64,000 nucleotides of DNA. Source: Escherichia coli. Its GTDB lineage: Bacteria > Pseudomonadota > Gammaproteobacteria > Enterobacterales > Enterobacteriaceae. Positions 42,644 to 54,829 of the stretch are shown here, piece by piece. Every line of letters starts with the position of its first letter. Position 1 is the first letter of the stretch. The DNA lies in NCBI RefSeq assembly GCF_030013595.1, contig NZ_CP122768.1; one strand, 5' to 3'. A program made the translations under genes and the position numbers. Below the pieces are notes generated by a model, which worked only from the letters and a program-made list of their open reading frames with translations, was not told the origin of the DNA and searched no databases.

Positions 42644-43351
42644 TTAGCTCTTTCGCGCCTGGCAAGCGCGTTGCACATACGGGTTATGATTGCCCTGCAC
42701 CTTCGCGATGCGTTCATCGCGCTCGCACTCCCAGTCGGTAACCGGATACATCTTGTCCCATGCGTTGAACAGTTGCGTTTGCTGGCGAGAGAGTGTCAGG
42801 TTGTATTGGTCACGCATATAGAAGTAGGTGCGCGCAATGGCACCGCGTGCACGCGCTGGTGGTTCGGCGGCTTTTTCTTTGAAATCGACCTTCATGGCGC
42901 ATTGACCGTACTGGCCTTCGCCGCCATTCCACTGGCTGTACATAAAGTTGCCGCGATCGCCATTCACCTCGCCGACTGACGGTTGCAGGTTATGCATATC
43001 GCTTTCCATCTTGCGATAGACCGGATCTTTGGCGCAGTTTTTACGTCCACCGTCCTGCCAGCACTGGCGCTGGTGACCGAATTGCCAGGCGGGAACGACG
43101 TGTTCCCACTCTACGCGGCTGGCGCGGTTTTCATTTTTGCGCACCTGATAGCCGCACGATTGCAGATCAACAACGCCTTTTTTGCCCTGCCAGTTAATTT
43201 TACATCCGCAATAAAACGTACCGGGCGCGTCAGCGTGGACTTTTACCGCCGCGGCTTTCGCCTGAGAAAAACTATTGATACCTTCGGCCAACGCCGGGCC
43301 GGAAAATGCTGCGCTCAGTACCACCGCAGCAATAGACAAATAACGGTACAT
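42644..43351 (-). CDS. endA: periplasmic DNA-specific endonuclease I
   Basis: [22 protein letters not shown] signal peptide; 235 aa. Confidence 0.9.
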   Translation of the reverse strand: MYRYLSIAAVVLSAAFSGPALAEGINSFSQAKAAAVKVHADAPGTFYCGCKINWQGKKGVVDLQSCGYQVRKNENRASRVEWEHVVPAWQFGHQRQCWQDGGRKNCAKDPVYRKMESDMHNLQPSVGEVNGDRGNFMYSQWNGGEGQYGQCAMKVDFKEKAAEPPARARGAIARTYFYMRDQYNLTLSRQQTQLFNAWDKMYPVTDWECERDERIAKVQGNHNPYVQRACQARKS

Positions 43352-43445
43352 CACTTACTCCGTGTTAAAACGAGCCAGCAACGTAGCGAAAGTTGTTTTG
43401 GTATGCAATCAGCCAGATCAGGAAAGTTCCTGATAGTTCAGATGG

Positions 43446-43943
43446 TTATTTTGCGACCAGTTGTTCGCCGCAGTGAACACAGCGATAGACGGCTTCGCCA
43501 CGAACTACGCGATTATGGCGGCGTACGGTAAGCTGATGCTCCTGGCACTTGCAGCGGTAGGGGAAGGTGTTGCGACGCACGGATTGCAGTTCAAATTGAT
43601 GCGTACGACGGGCGGGAACGCCCAGCACGTTTTCCATCATCCACTTCCACTCTTTGCCATGTGGCGCTACGCGGCCGAAATGTTTCCATACCAGCAAATG
43701 TGCCAGTTCGTGCGGCACCACTTCTTCAATAAAGGCTTCACTGTTTTCCAACAGCAAAACGGGATTGAGGCGGATTTCATAGCTTTCCAGCCAGGCTGTT
43801 CCGGCGGAGGTGCCGCGCTGGGTGTAAGAGAGTTTTGGCTCCGGGTAGTTACGCCCTAGCTTCAGGTTGGCCTGGGCGAGTTTTTCCCGCAGGCGACGCA
43901 TAACGGCCTGTTGGATGGCGATAGGGAGACGGGATGTTTTCAT
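43446..43943 (-). CDS. sprT: SprT-family zinc metalloprotein
   Basis: HELAH zinc motif; 165 aa. Confidence 0.9.
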   Translation of the reverse strand: MKTSRLPIAIQQAVMRRLREKLAQANLKLGRNYPEPKLSYTQRGTSAGTAWLESYEIRLNPVLLLENSEAFIEEVVPHELAHLLVWKHFGRVAPHGKEWKWMMENVLGVPARRTHQFELQSVRRNTFPYRCKCQEHQLTVRRHNRVVRGEAVYRCVHCGEQLVAK

Positions 43944-44019
43944 AGCGGCAGAGGATAGAGCGAAGAAAAGATGACTGCAAGAGGTGGCTTCCTCCGCGAC
44001 GGGAGGAAGCCTGAGGAGA

Positions 44020-45414
44020 TTAATCGTGAGCGCCGATTTCGCGCAGTTTACGACCTTTCATCAGATTACGTTCAATATGTTCCAGCGAAACGTGTTTGGT
44101 TTCCGGCACCAGCCACAATGTCAGCAGGATAAACAGTACGTTCAGAGCCGCATACACCCAGAAGGTGTTGGCGTTACCCAGCGTGTTGAGCATGGTCAGG
44201 AACGTTGCGCCAACGATCATGTTGGCAATCCAGTTGGTGGCGGTGGAGCAGGTGATGCCAAAATCGCGGCCTTTCAGCGGCTGAATTTCGGAGCACAGTA
44301 CCCAAATCAGCGGACCGGCACTCATGGCAAAGCCAACAATAAACATCAGCAGCATGGCGATAGCGAAATACTGCGCCGACGGAGAGTGGATACCGATATG
44401 CATCATTGTACCGAGTACGCCCATGCCAGCAGCCATCACCAGGAAGCCCAGCGTTAGCGTTGGTTTGCGTCCCCAGCGGTCAACAAGGCCGATTGCGATA
44501 AAGGTGGCAAGTACGTTGGTCAGGCCGACAATCACCGTCCCCCACATTTGCTCGGTAGTGTTGGTATAACCCGCCAGTTCGAAGATTTTCGGCGCGTAAT
44601 ACATGATGACGTTCATCCCGGTGAATTGCTGCATTACCTGCAATAGTACGCCAAGGAACACCGCGCGGCGGAAGTTGCTATTCTCTTTAAACAGCGCCCA
44701 GCCACTCTGTTTAACCTGCAAACTTTCACGGATTTCATCCAGTTCGCGTTTCGCTTCCGCGCTGGTGTCACGCAGGCGTAGCAGCACGCGTTCGGCATCA
44801 ACAAAACGGCGTTTGGCGGCAAACCAACGTGGGCTGTCTGGCAGGAAGAAGACACCAATCAGCAGCAAAATTGCCGGGATGATAATCACACCCAGCATCC
44901 AGCGCCATGCACCGGTGTAGCTGAAGGCGGTATCAGAAAGATAAGCGCCGAGGATCCCGATAGTGATCATCAACTGATACATCGAGATCATACTGCCGCG
45001 AATTTTTTCCGGCGCAATTTCAGAGAGGTACAGCGGTGCGGTATAAGAGGCCACACCCACCGCCAGCCCCAGCAGAACGCGGGAAAGAATCAGTACTTCA
45101 ACGTTTGGCGCAGCCGCAGAGAACAGTGAACCGGCAACAAACAAGATTGCGCCGATCATCAGGCTCTTTTTGCGCCCGAGTTTAAAGGAGAGCCAGCCGC
45201 TGCCCACCGCACCGACTGCCGCACCGAACATCATGGAGCTTACGACCCATTCTTGCGTGTGCGAAGTAATCTGGAATTCATCTGCAATAAACGGCAGTGC
45301 GCCAGCAATTACACCGATATCCAGGCCAAAGAGTAATCCCGCCAGAGCGGCAAGGAAGCAGACGAAAAACGTCATTGCCTTGTTTGACCGCCCCTGTTTT
45401 TTAGCGTCAGGCAT
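44020..45414 (-). CDS. galP: galactose:H+ symporter (MFS)
   Basis: [38 protein letters not shown]...; 464 aa. Confidence 0.92.
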   Translation of the reverse strand: MPDAKKQGRSNKAMTFFVCFLAALAGLLFGLDIGVIAGALPFIADEFQITSHTQEWVVSSMMFGAAVGAVGSGWLSFKLGRKKSLMIGAILFVAGSLFSAAAPNVEVLILSRVLLGLAVGVASYTAPLYLSEIAPEKIRGSMISMYQLMITIGILGAYLSDTAFSYTGAWRWMLGVIIIPAILLLIGVFFLPDSPRWFAAKRRFVDAERVLLRLRDTSAEAKRELDEIRESLQVKQSGWALFKENSNFRRAVFLGVLLQVMQQFTGMNVIMYYAPKIFELAGYTNTTEQMWGTVIVGLTNVLATFIAIGLVDRWGRKPTLTLGFLVMAAGMGVLGTMMHIGIHSPSAQYFAIAMLLMFIVGFAMSAGPLIWVLCSEIQPLKGRDFGITCSTATNWIANMIVGATFLTMLNTLGNANTFWVYAALNVLFILLTLWLVPETKHVSLEHIERNLMKGRKLREIGAHD

Positions 45415-45798
45415 GATGCCCTCCAATATGGTTATTTTTTATTGTGAATTAAGATAGGTGAGTACGACGTAAAAAGATGTGAAGCAAATCACATCAGTGT
45501 AATCGCTTACACTAACATTTATCTTTGTTATGATTTAAGTGCATGAAAATAATTGAGTTATATCATCATAGATTAAACGCTGTTATCTGCAATTAAGACT
45601 TTACTGAAAAGAAATGTAACAACTGTGAAAACCGAATAATAATATGAAAATATTACAAATCTTTGTCTGGTGTGGTTGGTGTAATCGGTTTCAGTAGCGA
45701 TGATAATTTGCGGTAAAACGTGTTCAGGAAGAATGATGTTATTGTGTGGGCAGCTTTTTGCCAGATGCGGCGTGAACGCCTATCCACCGCGGTGAGGT

Positions 45799-45828
45799 AA
45801 AAGAAAAAGGCCAGCGCGAGGCTGGCCT
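45799..45828 (-). terminator. metK intrinsic terminator
   Basis: ggccagcctcgcgctggcc hairpin followed, on the minus strand, by TTTTTCTTTT. Confidence 0.65.
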
Positions 45829-45849
45829 TTGAAAGCAGGTGAAGAAAGA

Positions 45850-47004
45850 TTACTTCAGACCGGCAGCATCGCGCAGCAGCTGCGCTTTGTCGGTTTTTTC
45901 CCACGGGAAATGTTCGCGACCAAAGTGACCGTATGCTGCGGTTTCTTTGTAGATCGGGTGCAGCAGATCCAGCATCTGAATCAGACCGTATGGACGCAGG
46001 TCAAAGAACTCACGTACCAGCAGAGTCAGTTGTTCAGAAGGCACTTTCTCGGTACCGAAAGTTTCCACCATGATAGAGGTCGGTTCAGCCACGCCGATTG
46101 CGTAGGAAACCTGAATTTCACAACGATCGGCCAGGCCAGCAGCAACGATGTTTTTCGCGACATAACGTGCTGCGTACGCTGCGGAACGGTCCACTTTTGA
46201 TGGATCTTTACCAGAGAATGCACCACCACCGTGACGTGCCATGCCGCCGTAGGTATCAACGATAATTTTACGACCAGTCAGACCGCAGTCACCCATCGGG
46301 CCACCGATAACGAAACGACCGGTCGGGTTGATGAAGAATTTGGTGGCAGAAGTCAGCCATTCAGCGGGCAGAATCGGCTTGATGATCTCTTCCATTACCG
46401 CTTCTTGCAGCGATTTCTGGTCGATTTCTTCAGAGTGCTGAGTGGAAAGCACGACAGCATCGATACCAACGATTTTGCCGTCGTCATACTGGAAAGTCAC
46501 CTGGCTTTTCGCGTCCGGGCGCAGCCACGGCAGAGTGCCGTTTTTACGCACTTCAGCCTGACGCTGTACCAGACGGTGTGCATAGGTGATAGGCGCTGGC
46601 ATCAGCACGTCGGTTTCATTGGTTGCGTAGCCAAACATCAGACCCTGGTCACCCGCGCCCTGTTCCAGCGGATCGGCACGGTCAACGCCCTGGTTGATGT
46701 CAGGAGACTGTTTGCCGATAGCGCTCAGAACCGCACAGGAATTAGCGTCAAAGCCCATGTCGGAATGCACATAGCCAATTTCGCGAACGGTGTTACGGGT
46801 GATCTCTTCGATGTCTACCCAGGCGCTGGTGGTGATTTCGCCGCCAACTAAAACCATGCCGGTTTTTACGTAGGTTTCGCAAGCAACGCGTGCTTTCGGA
46901 TCCTGTTCGAGGATCGCGTCTAAAACGGCATCAGAAATTTGGTCAGCAATTTTGTCAGGATGCCCTTCAGAGACGGACTCGGACGTAAAAAGGTGTTTTG
47001 CCAT
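45850..47004 (-). CDS. metK: S-adenosylmethionine synthetase
   Basis: [29 protein letters not shown]...; 384 aa. Confidence 0.95.
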
Positions 47005-47044
47005 ATTTAATATCACCTAAAGAGAATTTGGTTAGCTCAAACTG

Positions 47045-47311
47045 TTGTGTGGATTTTCTGTGGTAGCGGATCCTACCACGACTCTGCAGGTTAAAAACAC
47101 TGGCAGTCTGAGTGTTAATCGGTATGGATGGATTAACATCTGGATGGCTATTTTAGGTCAATTCTTCACCCGATTTCCACTTTTTTTTGAATCGTGTCTC
47201 ATTCTGTTAAAAACGTGGCTGGAAATTTTTCCTGACAATGCTGGCATTCTGCGTATTTATCTTTTGCAATTTTCTGCCATTGTGGGGTATAAAACGCGGC
47301 GCGCGGCTTAA
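47045..47311 (+). CDS. yqgD: small ORF matching the position of K-12 yqgD (uncertain coding status)
   Basis: Position between metK and speA; ORF-track frame only. Confidence 0.3.
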
Positions 47312-47523
47312 ATAAAAAGCACACGACGTTTCTTTCGTGTTGCCACTTCCAGCCGGGTTGAAATCAGAGTTTTGGCTTGTGGGTTCGTCTTAACAGGCGG
47401 CCGTGGAGGTGATACGAAATAATGAACCGTTGTCTGCTGCTTAACCTGTCTCACCGTTCTGGTGAAGATTCGTTCCCCGCACTCTGCATCTCTGCTTTGC
47501 ATACCTGCCGATGTTATACCCAT
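47308..47523 (-). CDS. yqgC: small ORF matching the position and size (71 aa) of K-12 yqgC (uncertain coding status)
   Basis: ORF-track frame; size match. Confidence 0.3.
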
Positions 47524-47658
47524 CTCGGCGCTTCTCAGGATTCAAGAGCTGGTTACAGTTACTGAGGACTGAACAAGGGCGCTCTTGTAAAAACAAGAGT
47601 TTTCTCGTGGTTTCGCCGAACTGTCACACTTACGTTCGGTTATGTGCTTAATAATGTT

Positions 47659-47790
47659 ATGAAAAAGAAACCGGTTGCGCAGTTGGAGCGTCAGCATTCA
47701 CTGCTGGAAAATCCATGTGCTTATGGGTTGTTATCGCAGTTCCAGGCTGCGATAGTCGTTAACTGTTTTACACTTAATAAAATAATTTGA
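47659..47790 (+). CDS. yqgB: 43-aa small protein YqgB immediately upstream of speA
   Basis: Hand-translated ATG...TGA frame gives [43 protein letters not shown]. Confidence 0.5.
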   Translation: MKKKPVAQLERQHSLLENPCAYGLLSQFQAAIVVNCFTLNKII

Positions 47791-47798
47791 GGTTCGCT

Positions 47799-49775
47799 AT
47801 GTCTGACGACATGTCTATGGGTTTGCCTTCGTCAGCGGGCGAACACGGTGTACTACGCTCCATGCAGGAGGTTGCAATGAGCTCCCAGGAAGCCAGCAAG
47901 ATGCTGCGTACTTACAATATTGCCTGGTGGGGCAATAACTACTATGACGTTAACGAGCTGGGCCACATTAGCGTGTGCCCGGACCCGGACGTCCCGGAAG
48001 CTCGCGTCGATCTCGCGCAGTTAGTGAAAACTCGTGAAGCACAGGGCCAGCGTCTGCCTGCACTGTTCTGTTTCCCACAGATCCTGCAGCACCGTTTGCG
48101 TTCTATTAACGCCGCGTTCAAACGTGCGCGGGAATCCTACGGCTATAACGGCGATTACTTCCTCGTTTATCCGATCAAAGTTAACCAGCACCGCCGCGTG
48201 ATTGAGTCCCTGATTCATTCGGGCGAACCGCTGGGCCTGGAAGCCGGTTCCAAAGCGGAGTTGATGGCGGTGCTGGCACATGCTGGCATGACCCGTAGCG
48301 TCATCGTCTGCAACGGTTATAAGGACCGCGAATATATCCGCCTGGCATTAATTGGCGAGAAGATGGGCCACAAGGTCTATCTGGTCATTGAGAAGATGTC
48401 AGAAATTGCCATTGTGCTGGATGAAGCAGAACGTCTGAATGTCGTTCCTCGTCTGGGCGTGCGTGCGCGTCTGGCTTCGCAGGGCTCCGGTAAATGGCAG
48501 TCCTCCGGCGGGGAAAAATCGAAGTTCGGCCTGGCGGCGACTCAGGTACTGCAACTGGTTGAAACCCTGCGTGAAGCCGGGCGTCTCGACAGCCTGCAAC
48601 TACTGCACTTCCACCTCGGTTCGCAGATGGCGAATATTCGCGATATCGCGACAGGCGTTCGTGAATCCGCGCGTTTCTATGTTGAGCTGCACAAGCTGGG
48701 CGTCAATATTCAGTGCTTCGACGTCGGCGGCGGTCTGGGCGTGGACTATGAAGGCACCCGTTCGCAGTCCGACTGTTCGGTGAACTACGGCCTCAATGAA
48801 TACGCTAACAACATCATCTGGGCGATTGGTGATGCGTGTGAAGAAAATGGTCTGCCACATCCGACAGTAATCACCGAGTCGGGTCGTGCGGTGACTGCAC
48901 ATCACACCGTACTGGTGTCGAATATCATCGGCGTGGAACGTAACGAATACACGGTGCCGACTGCGCCTGCAGAAGACGCACCGCGCGCCCTGCAAAGCAT
49001 GTGGGAAACCTGGCAGGAGATGCACGAACCGGGAACTCGCCGTTCTCTGCGTGAGTGGTTGCATGACAGCCAGATGGATCTGCACGATATTCATATCGGC
49101 TACTCTTCCGGCACTTTTAGCCTGCAAGAACGAGCATGGGCAGAACAACTCTACCTGAGCATGTGCCATGAAGTGCAGAAGCAACTGGATCCGCAAAACC
49201 GTGCTCATCGTCCGATTATCGACGAGCTGCAGGAACGTATGGCAGACAAAATGTACGTCAACTTCTCACTGTTCCAGTCGATGCCGGATGCGTGGGGGAT
49301 CGACCAGTTGTTCCCGGTTCTGCCGCTGGAAGGGTTGGAGCAAGTGCCGGAACGTCGCGCTGTGCTGCTGGATATTACCTGTGACTCTGACGGTGCTATC
49401 GACCACTATATCGATGGTGATGGTATTGCCACGACAATGCCTATGCCGGAGTACGATCCAGAGAATCCGCCGATGCTCGGTTTCTTTATGGTCGGCGCAT
49501 ATCAGGAGATCCTCGGCAATATGCACAACCTGTTCGGTGATACCGAAGCGGTTGACGTGTTCGTGTTCCCTGACGGTAGCGTAGAAGTAGAACTGTCTGA
49601 CGAAGGCGATACCGTTGCGGACATGCTGCAATATGTACAGCTCGATCCGAAAACGCTGTTAACCCAGTTCCGCGATCAAGTGAAGAAAACCGATCTTGAT
49701 GCTGAACTGCAACAACAGTTCCTTGAAGAGTTCGAGGCAGGTTTGTACGGTTATACCTATCTTGAAGATGAATAA
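47799..49775 (+). CDS. speA: biosynthetic arginine decarboxylase
   Basis: [45 protein letters not shown]...; 658 aa. Confidence 0.95.
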   Translation: MSDDMSMGLPSSAGEHGVLRSMQEVAMSSQEASKMLRTYNIAWWGNNYYDVNELGHISVCPDPDVPEARVDLAQLVKTREAQGQRLPALFCFPQILQHRLRSINAAFKRARESYGYNGDYFLVYPIKVNQHRRVIESLIHSGEPLGLEAGSKAELMAVLAHAGMTRSVIVCNGYKDREYIRLALIGEKMGHKVYLVIEKMSEIAIVLDEAERLNVVPRLGVRARLASQGSGKWQSSGGEKSKFGLAATQVLQLVETLREAGRLDSLQLLHFHLGSQMANIRDIATGVRESARFYVELHKLGVNIQCFDVGGGLGVDYEGTRSQSDCSVNYGLNEYANNIIWAIGDACEENGLPHPTVITESGRAVTAHHTVLVSNIIGVERNEYTVPTAPAEDAPRALQSMWETWQEMHEPGTRRSLREWLHDSQMDLHDIHIGYSSGTFSLQERAWAEQLYLSMCHEVQKQLDPQNRAHRPIIDELQERMADKMYVNFSLFQSMPDAWGIDQLFPVLPLEGLEQVPERRAVLLDITCDSDGAIDHYIDGDGIATTMPMPEYDPENPPMLGFFMVGAYQEILGNMHNLFGDTEAVDVFVFPDGSVEVELSDEGDTVADMLQYVQLDPKTLLTQFRDQVKKTDLDAELQQQFLEEFEAGLYGYTYLEDE

Positions 49776-49792
49776 TTAAGATTATTCCGCTG

Positions 49793-49834
49793 GCGGGTCG
49801 ATTTATTTACGTAAATCGGCCCGCTTTCTTTTTA
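49793..49834 (+). terminator. intrinsic terminator after speA
   Basis: gcgggtcgattta / taaatcggcccgc stem (one wobble) followed by TTTCTTTTT. Confidence 0.65.
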
Positions 49835-49920
49835 TATATTCTTAAAAATAATTTAGCTGCTTTTCTTATTAAATAATCTCCCTACAATCGCTGCATTAAT
49901 TAAATGCAGAGGGAACGGTT

Positions 49921-50652
49921 ATGAAAAAATGGAAAGTACGTAGCGCGTTGATAGCATTAGCCGTGCTGCTGGCCGGTTGTTCCAGTAATGCGCAGTATAA
50001 TAGCAGTGCATCAGGCAATGTCGGCACCGCCTGGGGTGGGGATGTACACTCATCGGTTCAGAGCGTATCTGCTGAACGAGTCTGGCGCGATCCGGCAGAG
50101 ATGATCGTTATTAGTTATTCGACTAATGTTCCTTCCGGCTACGACCGCGTTTATAGCATTCGTATTAACGAACTGGAATATGCTATTCGCGATGGTAATT
50201 TTAATTCTCTACCTATTACGCGGGTTTATGATTCATCAAATAATGAACCACGCTATATTATCCATGCCAGAGTAGGAATGAATTATCAATTATATGTCCG
50301 CAATTACAGTCGTAACACCAACTACGAGATCGTTGCTACGGTTGATGGCCTGGATGTTCTGAATGGTAAACAAGGTTCGCTGAATAACAACGGTTATATT
50401 GTGAATGCCGGAGATTCGTTAGCGATTAAAGGATTTCGCAAAGATAAACATACCGAAGCGGCTTTTCAGTTCGCCAACGTTGCTGATTCCTACGCAGCCA
50501 ATTCGGCGCAAGGCGATGTGCGTAATACCGGGGTAATCGGCTTTGCCGCCTTTGAATTACAAGGCTCGGCGCAAAACGCGATGCCGCCGTGCTCTGGACA
50601 AGCCTTTCCGGCAGATAACAATGGCTATGCGCCGCCACCGTGTCGGAAATAG
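49921..50652 (+). CDS. lipoprotein of unknown function (243 aa) between speA and speB
   Basis: Signal peptide with lipobox LLAGC; GAGGGAA Shine-Dalgarno; own terminator downstream. Confidence 0.6.
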   Translation: MKKWKVRSALIALAVLLAGCSSNAQYNSSASGNVGTAWGGDVHSSVQSVSAERVWRDPAEMIVISYSTNVPSGYDRVYSIRINELEYAIRDGNFNSLPITRVYDSSNNEPRYIIHARVGMNYQLYVRNYSRNTNYEIVATVDGLDVLNGKQGSLNNNGYIVNAGDSLAIKGFRKDKHTEAAFQFANVADSYAANSAQGDVRNTGVIGFAAFELQGSAQNAMPPCSGQAFPADNNGYAPPPCRK

Positions 50653-50719
50653 CAACCTCGCTTGATGCCTCGTCCATTTAAGGCGATAATTAGCACAAAC
50701 TTGTGTTTCGCAAATCCAA

Positions 50720-50759
50720 CCCTTCCTCGTCGGGCCTAACGACGCGGAAGGGTTTTTTT
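50720..50759 (+). terminator. strong intrinsic terminator after the lipoprotein gene
   Basis: cccttcctcgtcg / cgacgcggaaggg stem followed by TTTTTTT. Confidence 0.7.
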
Positions 50760-50787
50760 ATATCGACTTTGTAATAGGAGTCCATCC

Positions 50788-51708
50788 ATGAGCACCTTAG
50801 GTCATCAATACGATAACTCACTGGTTTCCAACGCCTTTGGTTTTTTACGCCTGCCGATGAACTTCCAGCCATATGACAGCGATGCTGACTGGGTGATTAC
50901 TGGCGTGCCGTTCGATATGGCCACTTCTGGTCGTGCGGGTGGTCGTCACGGTCCGGCAGCTATTCGTCAGGTTTCGACGAATCTGGCCTGGGAACACAAC
51001 CGCTTCCCGTGGAATTTCGACATGCGTGAGCGCCTGAACGTCGTGGACTGCGGCGATCTGGTATATGCCTTCGGAGATGCCCGTGAGATGAGCGAGAAGC
51101 TGCAGGCGCACGCCGAGAAGCTGCTGGCTGCCGGTAAGCGTATGCTCTCCTTCGGTGGTGACCACTTTGTTACGCTGCCGCTGCTGCGTGCTCATGCGAA
51201 GCATTTCGGCAAAATGGCGCTGGTACACTTTGACGCCCACACCGATACCTATGCGAACGGTTGTGAATTTGACCACGGCACCATGTTCTATACCGCGCCG
51301 AAAGAAGGTCTGATCGACCCGAATCATTCCGTGCAGATTGGTATTCGTACCGAGTTTGATAAAGACAACGGCTTTACCGTGCTGGACGCCTGCCAGGTGA
51401 ACGATCGCAGCGTGGATGACGTTATCGCCCAGGTGAAACAGATTGTGGGTGATATGCCGGTTTATCTGACCTTTGATATCGACTGCCTGGATCCTGCTTT
51501 CGCGCCGGGAACCGGTACGCCGGTAATTGGCGGTCTGACCTCCGATCGCGCCATTAAACTGGTACGCGGCCTGAAAGATCTCAACATTGTTGGGATGGAC
51601 GTAGTGGAAGTGGCTCCGGCATACGATCAGTCGGAAATCACCGCTCTGGCTGCGGCGACGCTGGCGCTGGAGATGCTGTATATTCAGGCAGCGAAAAAGG
51701 GCGAGTAA
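50788..51708 (+). CDS. speB: agmatinase
   Basis: [43 protein letters not shown]...; 306 aa. Confidence 0.95.
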   Translation: MSTLGHQYDNSLVSNAFGFLRLPMNFQPYDSDADWVITGVPFDMATSGRAGGRHGPAAIRQVSTNLAWEHNRFPWNFDMRERLNVVDCGDLVYAFGDAREMSEKLQAHAEKLLAAGKRMLSFGGDHFVTLPLLRAHAKHFGKMALVHFDAHTDTYANGCEFDHGTMFYTAPKEGLIDPNHSVQIGIRTEFDKDNGFTVLDACQVNDRSVDDVIAQVKQIVGDMPVYLTFDIDCLDPAFAPGTGTPVIGGLTSDRAIKLVRGLKDLNIVGMDVVEVAPAYDQSEITALAAATLALEMLYIQAAKKGE

Positions 51709-51755
51709 GCGCCGGATAAGATGCGTTATGCGTCAAATCCGGCGTAATAAAATGC

Positions 51756-52514
51756 TTACTTAACTCCATCCGCGCTCATACGATCGCGAATATGCTGGGC
51801 GCGTTCGGCGGATGCAGGATGGTCGTCAAACATTGAGCTTTGGCGGCCTTCTTCCAGTTTCGCCAGTTTTTCAAAGCTGGTGGCAAGACCTGCCGGGCTG
51901 ATGCCGCGTTGGCGCAGAAGATCGTAAGAATAATCATCGGCTTCTGCTTCCTGGCGCTGGGAGAATTGCGAATTAACTAATTTCTCGCCCAGATCACCGA
52001 GTTGTGATTGAGATAAACTGCCGACAATCCCGCCCGCAGAGGCCGCAGCTACTCGCACGGCATTTGTACCAAGTGCCACCTGCATTCCTTTTTTCACATG
52101 GCCTAACGCCACGTGCCCCATTTCGTGACCGATCACCGCTTCGACTTCGTTATCCGTCATCATATCCATCAGCCCGCTATAGACACGGATACAGCCGTTA
52201 GCCATTGCAAAGGCGTTCACATCCTTCGCCATATACACTTTGTAATTTACCGGCTGACCGTTGATATTGTTGCCTAGCGCATTGGCAATAGTTGTCAGAC
52301 GTTTAGCGTATTCGCTATTGGCTGGCGCAATCGTCGCCTTGCTGTCCATCTCCTGACATGCCTGATCGCTCAGGGTTTTCACCTGCGCATCACTCAAACT
52401 GTAAGCCTGAAAAGCTTCCGCTCCTGATGAGAGCAGTCCGTTGGAGTCCATATTCTGGCAACCGGTCAGTACCGTTGCCACGCTCATTGCTACCAATAAG
52501 GCGCGAATTTTCAT
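51756..52514 (-). CDS. loiP: outer-membrane metalloprotease LoiP (YggG)
   Basis: HEMGH zinc motif; lipoprotein signal MKIRALLVAMSVATVLTGC; 252 aa. Confidence 0.88.
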   Translation of the reverse strand: MKIRALLVAMSVATVLTGCQNMDSNGLLSSGAEAFQAYSLSDAQVKTLSDQACQEMDSKATIAPANSEYAKRLTTIANALGNNINGQPVNYKVYMAKDVNAFAMANGCIRVYSGLMDMMTDNEVEAVIGHEMGHVALGHVKKGMQVALGTNAVRVAAASAGGIVGSLSQSQLGDLGEKLVNSQFSQRQEAEADDYSYDLLRQRGISPAGLATSFEKLAKLEEGRQSSMFDDHPASAERAQHIRDRMSADGVK

Positions 52515-52791
52515 GTTTTCTCTTCCGCACAAGGTCAGGATTATTCTAAAAATGCGCCGTTTGCAGGTGAATCGACGCTTAGTCTCAGTATAAGGAAAAG
52601 CGCAGCGGACGGGCGAGTAGATTACGCAACATGCGAGCATGATCCAGAGATTTCTGAAGCAGCAAAAGGATGTTCCATGTACATGACGCGCGGCTTGCGG
52701 TAAATTGTTGGCAAATTTTCCGGCGTAGCCCAAAACGCGCTGTCGTCAAGTCGTTAAGGGCGTGCCCTTCATCATCCGATCTGGAGTCAAA

Positions 52792-54783
52792 ATGTCCTCA
52801 CGTAAAGAGCTTGCCAATGCTATTCGTGCGCTGAGCATGGACGCAGTACAGAAAGCCAAATCCGGTCACCCGGGTGCCCCTATGGGTATGGCTGACATTG
52901 CCGAAGTCCTGTGGCGTGATTTCCTGAAACACAACCCGCAGAATCCGTCCTGGGCTGACCGTGACCGCTTCGTGCTGTCCAACGGCCACGGCTCCATGCT
53001 GATCTACAGCCTGCTGCACCTCACCGGTTACGATCTGCCGATGGAAGAACTGAAAAACTTCCGTCAGCTGCACTCTAAAACTCCGGGCCACCCGGAAGTG
53101 GGTTACACCGCTGGTGTGGAAACCACTACAGGTCCGCTGGGTCAGGGTATTGCCAACGCAGTCGGTATGGCGATTGCAGAAAAAACGCTGGCGGCGCAGT
53201 TTAACCGTCCGGGCCACGACATCGTCGACCACTACACCTACGCCTTCATGGGCGACGGCTGCATGATGGAAGGCATCTCCCACGAAGTTTGCTCTCTGGC
53301 GGGTACGCTGAAGCTGGGTAAACTGATTGCGTTCTACGATGACAACGGTATCTCTATCGATGGTCACGTTGAAGGCTGGTTCACCGACGACACCGCAATG
53401 CGTTTCGAAGCTTACGGCTGGCACGTTATTCGCGACATCGACGGTCATGACGCAGCATCCATCAAACGCGCAGTAGAAGAAGCGCGCGCAGTGACCGACA
53501 AACCGTCCCTGCTGATGTGCAAAACCATCATCGGTTTCGGTTCCCCGAACAAAGCCGGTACGCACGACTCCCACGGTGCGCCGCTGGGCGACGCTGAAAT
53601 CGCCCTGACCCGCGAACAGCTGGGCTGGAAATATGCACCGTTCGAAATCCCGTCTGAAATCTATGCTCAGTGGGATGCGAAAGAAGCAGGCCAGGCGAAA
53701 GAATCCGCATGGAACGAGAAATTCGCGGCTTACGCGAAAGCTTATCCGCAGGAAGCCGCTGAATTTACCCGCCGTATGAAAGGCGAAATGCCGTCTGACT
53801 TCGACGCCAAAGCGAAAGAATTCATCGCTAAACTGCAGGCTAATCCGGCGAAAATCGCCAGTCGTAAAGCGTCTCAGAATGCGATTGAAGCGTTCGGTCC
53901 GCTGTTGCCGGAATTCCTCGGCGGCTCTGCTGACCTGGCACCGTCTAACCTGACCCTGTGGTCTGGTTCTAAAGCAATCAACGAAGATGCTGCGGGTAAC
54001 TACATCCACTACGGTGTTCGCGAGTTCGGTATGACCGCGATTGCTAACGGTATCTCCCTGCACGGTGGTTTCCTGCCGTACACCTCCACCTTCCTGATGT
54101 TCGTGGAATACGCACGTAACGCCGTACGTATGGCTGCGCTGATGAAACAGCGTCAGGTGTTGGTTTACACCCACGACTCCATCGGTCTGGGCGAAGATGG
54201 CCCGACTCACCAGCCGGTAGAGCAGGTCGCTTCTCTGCGCGTTACCCCGAACATGTCCACATGGCGTCCGTGTGACCAGGTTGAATCTGCAGTGGCATGG
54301 AAATACGGTGTTGAGCGTCAGGACGGCCCGACCGCGCTGATCCTCTCCCGTCAGAACCTGGCGCAGCAGGAACGTACTGAAGAGCAGCTGGCAAACATCG
54401 CGCGCGGTGGTTATGTGCTGAAAGACTGTGCCGGTCAGCCGGAACTGATCTTCATTGCCACCGGTTCTGAAGTTGAACTGGCGGTTGCTGCCTACGAAAA
54501 ACTGACTGCCGAAGGCGTGAAAGCGCGCGTGGTTTCCATGCCGTCTACCGATGCATTCGACAAGCAGGATGCGGCTTACCGTGAATCCGTACTGCCGAAA
54601 GCGGTTACTGCACGCGTTGCGGTGGAAGCTGGCATTGCTGACTACTGGTACAAGTATGTTGGCCTGAACGGTGCTATCGTCGGCATGACCACCTTCGGTG
54701 AGTCTGCCCCGGCAGAACTGCTGTTTGAAGAGTTCGGCTTCACCGTTGACAACGTTGTTGCGAAAGCAAAAGAACTGCTGTAA
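52792..54783 (+). CDS. tktA: transketolase 1
   Basis: [35 protein letters not shown]...; 663 aa. Confidence 0.95.
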   Translation: MSSRKELANAIRALSMDAVQKAKSGHPGAPMGMADIAEVLWRDFLKHNPQNPSWADRDRFVLSNGHGSMLIYSLLHLTGYDLPMEELKNFRQLHSKTPGHPEVGYTAGVETTTGPLGQGIANAVGMAIAEKTLAAQFNRPGHDIVDHYTYAFMGDGCMMEGISHEVCSLAGTLKLGKLIAFYDDNGISIDGHVEGWFTDDTAMRFEAYGWHVIRDIDGHDAASIKRAVEEARAVTDKPSLLMCKTIIGFGSPNKAGTHDSHGAPLGDAEIALTREQLGWKYAPFEIPSEIYAQWDAKEAGQAKESAWNEKFAAYAKAYPQEAAEFTRRMKGEMPSDFDAKAKEFIAKLQANPAKIASRKASQNAIEAFGPLLPEFLGGSADLAPSNLTLWSGSKAINEDAAGNYIHYGVREFGMTAIANGISLHGGFLPYTSTFLMFVEYARNAVRMAALMKQRQVLVYTHDSIGLGEDGPTHQPVEQVASLRVTPNMSTWRPCDQVESAVAWKYGVERQDGPTALILSRQNLAQQERTEEQLANIARGGYVLKDCAGQPELIFIATGSEVELAVAAYEKLTAEGVKARVVSMPSTDAFDKQDAAYRESVLPKAVTARVAVEAGIADYWYKYVGLNGAIVGMTTFGESAPAELLFEEFGFTVDNVVAKAKELL

Positions 54784-54805
54784 TCGGTAAGTTGCTTTGT
54801 GAGAA

Positions 54806-54829
54806 GGGCCGCGAAAGCGGCCCTTTTTT
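54806..54829. terminator. bidirectional intrinsic terminator between tktA and the convergent SPFH gene
   Basis: gggccgcgaaagcggccc hairpin with flanking TTTTTT. Confidence 0.7.

Noticed and set aside
48600..49208. 202-aa minus-strand ORF
   Set aside because: Antisense to speA; shadow ORF.
52798..54210. 470-aa minus-strand ORF
   Set aside because: Entirely antisense to tktA, whose product is unambiguous; typical shadow ORF in GC-rich coding DNA.
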